Positions 55,560-64,000 of a stretch of 64,000 nt of DNA are shown piece after piece (the stretch's first letter is position 1; each line of letters begins with the position of its first letter). Location of the stretch: the NCBI RefSeq assembly GCF_025980345.1, contig NZ_JAPDUI010000005.1:893-64892 (forward strand). The letters run 5' to 3'. Origin of the DNA: Arenimonas sp. GDDSR-1. GTDB lineage: Bacteria > Pseudomonadota > Gammaproteobacteria > Xanthomonadales > Xanthomonadaceae. The translations under genes were made by a program, and so were the position numbers. The notes under the pieces were generated by a model. The model was not told the DNA's origin. It ran no database searches and saw only the letters and a program-made list of their open reading frames with translations.

Positions 55560-56459
55560 ATGTTCGATACCGTTCCCAACCTGCAATGCGGGCACCATGT
55601 GCTCAAGCTGGATGTGCCGAGAATAATGGCCATCGTCAACGTCACGCCGGACTCCTTTTCCGATGGCGGCCGTCTGGATAGCACGGCATCTGCCGTATCG
55701 CATGCGATGAAACTGGCCGAGCAGGGTGCTGATATGCTCGACATTGGCGGTGAAAGCACGCGTCCGAACGCCGAACCGGTGTCCTTGCAGGAAGAGCTCG
55801 ATCGCGTCATCCCGGTCATCGAGGCGCTTTCCGCCCGCTGCAGCTTACCGATCAGCATCGATACCTCCAAACCCGAAGTAATGCGCGCCGCGGTTGCCGC
55901 CGGTGCCGGCTTCATCAATGATGTATACGCACTGAGGCAGGAGGGCGCGCTGGAAGCAGCGGCATCCCTGGGCGTAGCGGTGTGTTTGATGCACATGCCC
56001 GGCAATCCGCGCACCATGCAGAAGGAAACGAACTACGACGATGTATTGGTGCAGGTCCGCCAGTTCCTGACCGAGCGCATGTTCGCCTGCGAAATGGCCG
56101 GCATTGCCAAGAAGAATCTGGTCATTGATCCGGGTTTCGGTTTCGGCAAACTGCTGGAACACAATCTGGCGTTGCTGGCCAATCTCTCGTATTTCTGCGA
56201 GCTCGGCGTTCCGGTGCTGGCCGGCGTCTCCCGCAAATCGATGATCGGGCAGATTACCGGCCGCGATGTCGATTCGCGCATATCGGGTTCTGCCGCCGCG
56301 GCCATGTTGGCGGCCCAGAGCGGCGCCGGCATCATTCGCGTGCATGATGTTGCCGAAACCAAGGATGCGTTGGCGGTGCTTGCAGCGGTCCAGGCCGCCA
56401 AACGGAAAGACCATTCCACAAAACCCAAGCCATCCATCCAATGGCCGGATGAGGATTAG
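55560..56459 (+). CDS. folP: Dihydropteroate synthase
   Basis: IVNVTPDSFSDGG, DIGGESTRP, SIDT, DPGFGFGK, SRKS, RVHDV. Confidence 0.97.
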   Translation: MFDTVPNLQCGHHVLKLDVPRIMAIVNVTPDSFSDGGRLDSTASAVSHAMKLAEQGADMLDIGGESTRPNAEPVSLQEELDRVIPVIEALSARCSLPISIDTSKPEVMRAAVAAGAGFINDVYALRQEGALEAAASLGVAVCLMHMPGNPRTMQKETNYDDVLVQVRQFLTERMFACEMAGIAKKNLVIDPGFGFGKLLEHNLALLANLSYFCELGVPVLAGVSRKSMIGQITGRDVDSRISGSAAAAMLAAQSGAGIIRVHDVAETKDALAVLAAVQAAKRKDHSTKPKPSIQWPDED

Positions 56460-57529
56460 GCGGTAAGCGCGGCCCGGTGCGCCTGTACGCGTGTATCCAT
56501 CACCCGCTTCCAAAGCGGCGGGCACAAGGCCAACAGGAACATGGTCGGGTAGCCGGCCGGCAGCTGGGGCGAGTCATCGAAGTGCCGAAGGATGCCGTAG
56601 CGGCGTTTCGGATAGGCGTGGTGGTCGGAGTGCCGCTGCAGGTTGAACAGCATGGCATTCGACAGGGCAAAGCTTGAATTCCAGCTGTGCAGGTGGGTGG
56701 TGCGCTCATAGCCGGCATCGGATTTGCGCCGTTCCAGACCGTAATGCTCCACATAGTTGATGACTTCCAGAGTGGCTGCGGCGAGTACGCCTTGGGCCAG
56801 GAAGAACAGCAGTCCGGTGCCACCGGCCATGGCGAAAACGACGCCAGCAAGCATCAGCCAGAGCCCCGTCATCACCAGCATCTCATTGTGCCGGCCGACG
56901 ACCGGAAGCCCCGCTTTACGGAGGCGTTCGGCTTCCAGTTTCCAGGCATTGACGCTATTGCGTTGGAGGGCCTGGGGCAGAAAGGTCCAGAGGCTCATGC
57001 CGAACGGCGCGCTGGACGGATCTTCCGGTGTCGATACATGCACATGATGGCCGCGCAGGTGTTCGATCTTGAAGCCGTGATAGCCGACGGATATCAGCAG
57101 CAGTGCGCCGGCCCATTGTTCGAGCCGGTCGTTCTTGTGGATCAGTTCATGGGCGGTGTTGATGGCCAGAGCGCCGCTGATGATACCCTGTGAGAGCAGC
57201 CAGCCGACGATGCCGATCAGCTGCAGATCGGTTGCTACGAACCAGTGCGTGGACAGGTAAAGCACCCAAAACTGCACCGGCAGCACTGCCAGACAGAGCC
57301 ATTTCAGAACGGGGCTGGCCGAAATCTCCCGTTCCTCGCCGGGTTCCACATTCACACGGTAACGGCCGATGGCGAAATCGATCGGTGGCAGCAATACGAA
57401 GAAAAACAGCAGCGGCCACCAGGCCATCAGATCGGGCATGCCGGTGCTGGCTCCCCAGTACATGGCGAGCAGCAGCTGCAGCGGCAACAGGAATACCATG
57501 GTGAAGCTCAAGGATTTGAGGCGGTTCAT
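56456..57529 (-). CDS. alkB: Alkane 1-monooxygenase (AlkB family, membrane di-iron)
   Basis: His boxes HELIH, EHLRGHH, NYVEHYG (HYG motif), LQRHSDHHA. Confidence 0.92.
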   Translation of the reverse strand: MNRLKSLSFTMVFLLPLQLLLAMYWGASTGMPDLMAWWPLLFFFVLLPPIDFAIGRYRVNVEPGEEREISASPVLKWLCLAVLPVQFWVLYLSTHWFVATDLQLIGIVGWLLSQGIISGALAINTAHELIHKNDRLEQWAGALLLISVGYHGFKIEHLRGHHVHVSTPEDPSSAPFGMSLWTFLPQALQRNSVNAWKLEAERLRKAGLPVVGRHNEMLVMTGLWLMLAGVVFAMAGGTGLLFFLAQGVLAAATLEVINYVEHYGLERRKSDAGYERTTHLHSWNSSFALSNAMLFNLQRHSDHHAYPKRRYGILRHFDDSPQLPAGYPTMFLLALCPPLWKRVMDTRVQAHRAALTA

Positions 57530-57598
57530 TGGTGAATTCCCGGGGGCTCGGATATGATGGATGCTACAGCAGTCCAATTCGAGTCTTTACTCTAAACC

Positions 57599-58576
57599 AT
57601 GACCGGTCTCCATCAAAACGCCCCGGGACACGATGCCCGACCGCCGGTCATCGCCATCATGGGGCCGACAGCCTCCGGCAAAACGGCGTATGCGGCGGAA
57701 CTTTGCCGGCAGCTCGGCACGGAAATCATCAGTGTCGATTCGGCCCTGGTCTACCGTCGCCTGAATATCGGTGCCGCCAAACCGGATGCCGCAACGCTGG
57801 CGATTGCACCGCACCGGATGATTGATGTCCGCGATCCGCATGAGGTGTTTTCCGCCGCCGACTTCGCGCGCGAAGCCATGCCGCATCTTCAGGACTTGGC
57901 GGGGCAGGGTAAAGTGCCGCTGCTGGTCGGCGGTACCGGACTGTATTTCCGGGCCTTGACCGAGGGTCTCTCGCAGATGCCGGCAGCGGATGACGGCGTA
58001 CGTGCCGAGCTCAAGGCCCAAGCGGCGTCCGAAGGCTGGCAGGCAATGCATGATCAATTGCAGGCGCTGGATCCGGACAGTGCGGCCCGGATCCATCCGA
58101 ACGACCCCCAGCGCATCCTGCGTGCGCTTGAAATCCATCGGCTCAGCGGTAAATCGCGGACCGATTGGCAGCGGCAGGCCGATAAACCGGTATTTCCGTT
58201 CCGTCTTCTGTCCATCGTGCTTTCACCGAAAGACCGCGTCGAGCTGCACCGCCGGATTGCCCTTCGATTCGATCAGATGCTGGCGGACGGGTTCCTCGAC
58301 GAAGTCAGAGCGCTGATGGCCGATCCGCGACTGCATCCGGATCTGCCATCGATGCGCTCCGTCGGCTATCGTCAGGCCTGGCAGCACCTCGCCGGAATGA
58401 CCGATGCGGCGGCTTTCCGGGAACAGGCCATTGCCGCCACACGCCAGTTGGCTAAACGCCAGCTGACTTGGTTCCGCGGTTCCGCGTCTTCACGGTGGTT
58501 TGACCCACAGGCCGAAAAAGATACGCTAGACTACTGCGTAAGGGAGTTTCTGCGCCCTGCTCAAAACCAACAATAA
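57599..58576 (+). CDS. miaA: tRNA dimethylallyltransferase
   Basis: GPTASGKT, SVDSALVYR, GGTGLY, VGYRQ, TRQLAKRQLTW. Confidence 0.97.
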   Translation: MTGLHQNAPGHDARPPVIAIMGPTASGKTAYAAELCRQLGTEIISVDSALVYRRLNIGAAKPDAATLAIAPHRMIDVRDPHEVFSAADFAREAMPHLQDLAGQGKVPLLVGGTGLYFRALTEGLSQMPAADDGVRAELKAQAASEGWQAMHDQLQALDPDSAARIHPNDPQRILRALEIHRLSGKSRTDWQRQADKPVFPFRLLSIVLSPKDRVELHRRIALRFDQMLADGFLDEVRALMADPRLHPDLPSMRSVGYRQAWQHLAGMTDAAAFREQAIAATRQLAKRQLTWFRGSASSRWFDPQAEKDTLDYCVREFLRPAQNQQ

Positions 58577-58604
58577 ATACCCAGAATAAGAACGGAGTCG
58601 CACT

Positions 58605-58862
58605 GTGACCAAATCGCAATCCCTTCAAGACCCCTTCCTGAACGCGCTGCGCCGCGAACGCGTTCCGGTCTCGATTTTCCTCGTCAACGGCATCAAGCTG
58701 CAGGGCACCATCGAGAGCTTCGACCAATTCGTGGTTCTGCTGCGCAATACCGTGAGCCAGATGGTCTACAAACACGCGATTTCGACCGTCGTCCCGGCCC
58801 GCAATGTCCGTATCGGTCCGGCCGGTGCCGAGGATGCGGCGGAAACGGATGCCGACGAATAA
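58605..58862 (+). CDS. hfq: RNA chaperone Hfq (GTG start)
   Basis: [30 protein letters not shown]. Confidence 0.99.
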   Translation: MTKSQSLQDPFLNALRRERVPVSIFLVNGIKLQGTIESFDQFVVLLRNTVSQMVYKHAISTVVPARNVRIGPAGAEDAAETDADE

Positions 58863-58870
58863 CTGCCGGC

Positions 58871-58898
58871 CTTGAAGCCGTCACGCGCGGCCCCATAT
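58871..58898 (+). promoter_or_regulatory. Consensus sigma32 (RpoH) promoter upstream of hflK
   Basis: CTTGAA-14 nt-CCCCATAT matches the established CTTGAA-N13-17-CCCCATNT consensus. Confidence 0.8.
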
Positions 58899-58935
58899 CG
58901 GAACATAAGCATCCAAGCAGAAACACGGAGTCAGT

Positions 58936-60045
58936 ATGGCGTGGAACCAACCGGGCGGCGGCAAGGAGCCCTGGAAACCGAAAAGCAGCGGCAATCCCGT
59001 TGACGATTTCCTCGGCCGTCTGAAATCCCAGCTGGGCATCGGTGATTCCGGCAACGGTCCGGCTTGGGTCAAGCCGGTGCTTATCGGTCTTGCCGTACTG
59101 GTCGTTTTCAACTGTTTCAAGCTCATCGACGAGCGCGAGCGCGGCGTTGTCCTGCGTTTCGGGAAATTCGACCGCATCATGACTCCCGGCGCCAACATGA
59201 AGCTGCCGTGGCCGATCGAGTCGGTGACCGTGGTCAATGCCACCCAGGTGCAGACCGTGGAAGAAACGGTCAATGTGCTGACCAAGGACGAAAACATCGT
59301 CGACATCAAATTCAATGCCCAGTACACCATCAGCGACCCGCGCCTGTATCTTTATGGCTACCGCGATGACATCGTCGCGGCCGGTGGCCAGCAGGGTTCG
59401 GAAACGGTGCGCCAGGCCGCTGAAAGCGCGGTCCGCGAAGTGGTCGGTAACAACACCATGGATGCCGCCCTGTTCGAGCGCGGCCAGCTGTCCATCGTCG
59501 CCAAGGACCATCTCCAGAAGTCCCTGGACATGTACCGTACCGGTATCAAGGTATCGCAGTTCAATCTGCCCGATGCCCGCTTCCCGGACGAAGTCAGCGA
59601 TGCCTTCAACGAAGCACTGAGCGCACAGCAGCAGAAAGAATCGATTACCAATGCCGCCAAGGCCTATGCCAGCAAGATCGTGCCGGAAGCGCGCGGTACC
59701 GCGGCACGCATCAAGGCCGAAGCCGACGGTTACCGCCAGGCCAGTATCGCCAAAGCCACCGGTGATGCGTCCCGTTTCCGCCAATTGGCCGATGAGTACC
59801 GCAAATCGCCGGAAGTCACCCGCAAGCGTCTTTATCTGGAAACCATGCAGGACGTGATGACCCGCAATCCGAAAATCATTTCCGGCAAGGGCAATGTCTT
59901 TTATCTGCCGGCACCGGGCGCCGCCGCGCCGGCCGCGACTGCAGACGGGGTGACCCGTCCAGCACCGGCCGTGGTGACACCGCCGGCCCCGCCGGCCGAT
60001 GCATCGGGTCGTGGCGAAGTCCGCCAGGGCCGTGAGGGAACCTGA
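58936..60045 (+). CDS. hflK: FtsH modulator HflK
   Basis: MAWNQPGG, VVLRFGK, LTKDENIV, PEVTRKRLYLETM. Confidence 0.96.
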   Translation: MAWNQPGGGKEPWKPKSSGNPVDDFLGRLKSQLGIGDSGNGPAWVKPVLIGLAVLVVFNCFKLIDERERGVVLRFGKFDRIMTPGANMKLPWPIESVTVVNATQVQTVEETVNVLTKDENIVDIKFNAQYTISDPRLYLYGYRDDIVAAGGQQGSETVRQAAESAVREVVGNNTMDAALFERGQLSIVAKDHLQKSLDMYRTGIKVSQFNLPDARFPDEVSDAFNEALSAQQQKESITNAAKAYASKIVPEARGTAARIKAEADGYRQASIAKATGDASRFRQLADEYRKSPEVTRKRLYLETMQDVMTRNPKIISGKGNVFYLPAPGAAAPAATADGVTRPAPAVVTPPAPPADASGRGEVRQGREGT

Positions 60046-60047
60046 TC

Positions 60048-60920
60048 ATGCGCAATCCCACAACCTACCTCCTCGCCGGCATCGGTGCCGCCATCCTGCT
60101 GTTTTCCTCGGCATTCATCGTCAATGAAAGCCAGACCGCCATCGTGCTCAATCTGGGTAAAGTGGTGCGTTCCGATCTCAAGCCCGGCCTGCATTTCAAA
60201 GTGCCGTTCGTCGAACAGGTCCGCAAGTTCGACCGCCGTTTGCTGACGCTGGACGACAACCCGGAGCGTTATCTGACGGTCGAGAAGAAGGACGTCGAAG
60301 TCGATTTCTTCGTGAAGTGGCGCATCAAGGACGTGACCGCCTACTACCGCGCCACCAGTGGCGGCAATGAAGAAGCGGCGGCGCAGCGGCTGACCCCGAT
60401 CGTCAAAAACACCCTGCGCAACGACATCAACCAGTTCACCCTGCAGAAGCTGGTGTCCGACGAGCGCACCGAACTGGCTCGCCGTCTGCTCAAGCCGATC
60501 AACGTCGGTGCCGCCACCTTGGGCATCGAAGTCGTCGATATCCGCATCAAGCGCATCAACTTCCCCAAAGACGCCAAAATCCGGGAAGAGGTACTCAACC
60601 GCATGCGCTCCGAGCGCAAGCAGGTGGCGAACGCGCTGAAGGCCGAAGGCTTCGCCGAGTCCGAGCGCATCCGCGCCGAGGCCGAGCGCGAGAGTCTGGT
60701 GCTGCTGGCCGACGCCCAGCGCGAAGCCCAGAAAGTGCGCGGTGAGGGCGATGCCGAAGTGGCCCGAATTTCCGCTGCGGCCTACAGCCAAGATGCTGAT
60801 TTTTACGCCTTTTACCGCAGCCTGGAAGCCTACAAAGCCAGCTTCGCGGACGGCAAATCGACCATGGTCGTGGATCCGGATTCCGAGTTCCTGAAATACT
60901 TCGGCGGCGGTAAACGCTAG
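60048..60920 (+). CDS. hflC: FtsH modulator HflC
   Basis: PGLHFKVPF, IRIKRINFP, RMRSER, FYAFYRSLEAY. Confidence 0.96.
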   Translation: MRNPTTYLLAGIGAAILLFSSAFIVNESQTAIVLNLGKVVRSDLKPGLHFKVPFVEQVRKFDRRLLTLDDNPERYLTVEKKDVEVDFFVKWRIKDVTAYYRATSGGNEEAAAQRLTPIVKNTLRNDINQFTLQKLVSDERTELARRLLKPINVGAATLGIEVVDIRIKRINFPKDAKIREEVLNRMRSERKQVANALKAEGFAESERIRAEAERESLVLLADAQREAQKVRGEGDAEVARISAAAYSQDADFYAFYRSLEAYKASFADGKSTMVVDPDSEFLKYFGGGKR

Positions 60921-60950
60921 CGTTCCGCCCCGAATCCAAAGCGCGTATAA

Positions 60951-62309
<1,359 letters not shown>

Positions 62310-62359
62310 TTTAACGGGGTCTGCGTTGGGTCTGACAAGGCAGGCTCCGGCCTGCTTCG

Positions 62360-63598
62360 TCATTTCCGGCGGAAGCTTTCATCCTCGTTCGCGACATCGG
62401 GGATGCGGCTGAAGGCGATGCGCATCGGCGCTTCCTTGGCGGCGGCCTGGCTGGAGGCGTAACTGATCTTCTGCGGGCCGAAGCGCTCATTGATGCGGTC
62501 CATCAGCGCACTCAGCGGTGCGTGATCCCTGGCCTCGGCCGTGGTGAACAGATCATCGGTGGTACCGATCCGCTCGCACAGACCGGAAAGCGCCACGGCC
62601 ACCGCCAAGGGCTTGCCGGCTTTGGGCCGCTGCGCCAGCAATTCGCTCAGCTGCAGCAGCAGTGCATGGCTGTCATCGGTATCGTTGCAGAACACCGCTT
62701 CCTTCCAGCTGGCACGGTCCAGATACTTGATCTTGACCTCCAGCCGGCCGGCCACCAGCTTTTCCGAACGCAGGCGCATGGCGGCCTTCTGCAGCAGTTT
62801 CTTCAATACGGATTCCACCCCGGAGGCCGTGCGCATCGGCGGCGCCAGGACATGCGAATGGCTGATGCTGGCGCGGCCCTGCGAAGGGATGTGCGGCATC
62901 CATTCACCGCGCAGTTTGCGGTAAAGCTGCTCACCTTCGATACCACCCCAGGCCTGACGCAGTGAAAGCGACGAGGCCGCACACAGTTGTTCCACGGTGC
63001 TGATGCCATGGCCGGCAAGACGCTTTTCCATGGCGCGTCCGATGCCGCAGAGATCGCGCAGGTGCATGCCGTGCAGGGCGTGCGGCAGATCGCACGCTTC
63101 CAGCACCACCAGTCCGTCCGGCTTCTGCATGTCGGTCGCGGTTTTGGCCAGGAAATGATTGGGCGCGATGCCGATCGAAGCGGTGATGGCAGGCACGGAT
63201 TCCGCGAGTTTGGCTTTGATGGCATGGGCGATGGCTTCGGCCCGGTGGCGTTCGCGTTCACGGCCGATCAGCTCACAGGCCATTTCATCGATGGAGCCGA
63301 TGTATGCGGTCGGGATGCACTCGTGGATTAGGGCGAGCAGGCGGTGGTGGTAGGTCACATACAGCGCCGGACGCGCCGGCACGAAGCGGATGTCCGGACA
63401 CAGGGTTTTGGCTTCATGCAGAAGGGTGCCGGTCTTGACGCCCTGCCGTTTGGCTTCATAACTCGCGGCGATACAGCAGGCGTTCGCCGACATGACCGGC
63501 GTGACGGCAATCGGACGCCCGCGCAGCTCCGGCCGGTCCTGTTGTTCGACCGAAGCGAAATAGGCGTTGAAATCGATGAAAAGACTGCGCAACTCCAT
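62360..63598 (-). CDS. Y-family DNA polymerase (DinB/UmuC/ImpB-like)
   Basis: FIDFNAYFASVEQQ, IAASYEAK, SIDE, SIGIAPNHFLAK, GIG; catalytic acidic residues present. Confidence 0.92.
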   Translation of the reverse strand: MELRSLFIDFNAYFASVEQQDRPELRGRPIAVTPVMSANACCIAASYEAKRQGVKTGTLLHEAKTLCPDIRFVPARPALYVTYHHRLLALIHECIPTAYIGSIDEMACELIGRERERHRAEAIAHAIKAKLAESVPAITASIGIAPNHFLAKTATDMQKPDGLVVLEACDLPHALHGMHLRDLCGIGRAMEKRLAGHGISTVEQLCAASSLSLRQAWGGIEGEQLYRKLRGEWMPHIPSQGRASISHSHVLAPPMRTASGVESVLKKLLQKAAMRLRSEKLVAGRLEVKIKYLDRASWKEAVFCNDTDDSHALLLQLSELLAQRPKAGKPLAVAVALSGLCERIGTTDDLFTTAEARDHAPLSALMDRINERFGPQKISYASSQAAAKEAPMRIAFSRIPDVANEDESFRRK

Positions 63599-63695
63599 GA
63601 AACCTCCGCTCGTGACAACCGGCAAGGCGTCCAAAAATCCGATCATCGCCATGATGGTTCGGAAGGCTCTCAGAATCCGAGACCCGGGCTCCGAT

Positions 63696-64000
63696 TCAGT
63701 AGCCCATGCGCTCGATATGCGGTTGCAGGACGTTCATGTACGGTTCGAAATGGCTGCTGTAATTCAGCCACCGGAATTTCGAGCGCTGGTAAACCGGCTC
63801 TGCGACCTGATGGTAGCTGTTGGTCTGGATCTGCGTCCTCGCGGCCAGATTGCTCCGGTGGTCCTGGATGCCTTCCTGCCAGGGCAATCCCAGAAAATCG
63901 CAAGTACCGCGCAACGACGCTTCGGCATTCTCCAGCAATGATTCGTAGCGCACGGCATGCACGCGCATTGCCGGCAGCGCTGATTGCGCTGTTTGCCAAA
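63696..64000 (-). CDS. C-terminal part of a sulfotransferase-family protein (5' end outside window)
   Basis: Frame is open from the window edge: VRYESLL, CDFLGLPW, TNSYHQVAEPVY...RWLNY. Confidence 0.8.
   Translation of the reverse strand, partial: WQTAQSALPAMRVHAVRYESLLENAEASLRGTCDFLGLPWQEGIQDHRSNLAARTQIQTNSYHQVAEPVYQRSKFRWLNYSSHFEPYMNVLQPHIERMGY

Noticed and set aside
63599-63695. LexA/SOS box upstream of the Y-family polymerase
   Set aside because: No match to CTGT-N8-ACAG or the other LexA motifs I know

Overview
GC-rich gammaproteobacterial chromosome segment. Protein sequences and gene order (rplQ-dsbB-class II DAHP synthase; yhbY-rlmE-ftsH-folP; miaA-hfq) point to Xanthomonadales/Lysobacteraceae, which is an inference and was not searched. 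1-13.2 kb is the S10-spc-alpha ribosomal protein superoperon, with no rpmJ after secY. The rest is mostly core metabolism and envelope genes: cysK, typA, aminotransferase-mdh-prpB-prpC-acnD-prpF, fadH, ompA, kbl/tdh, S46 peptidase, ftsH, folP, alkB, miaA-hfq-hflK-hflC-purA, a Y-family polymerase and a truncated sulfotransferase-like gene. I saw no rRNA, tRNA, CRISPR, transposase, integrase or phage genes. Most notable observations: (1) a seven-gene, tightly overlapping lipid-modification operon (37.6-44.0 kb) resembling the UfaD/UfaO/UfaM furan fatty acid pathway, with extra uncharacterised genes and an upstream OsmC gene; (2) three apparent short internal deletions within 2.6 kb of that locus, two of them frameshifting (real decay or assembly artefact); (3) an uncharacterised coupled three-gene envelope operon built around an M48/TPR metalloprotease; (4) a lipoprotein amidohydrolase with a long Ala/Pro/Lys linker and a compact terminal module; (5) no hflX between hfq and hflK, with a consensus sigma32 promoter in that gap. 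All family assignments come from recognising motifs by eye, not from database searches.
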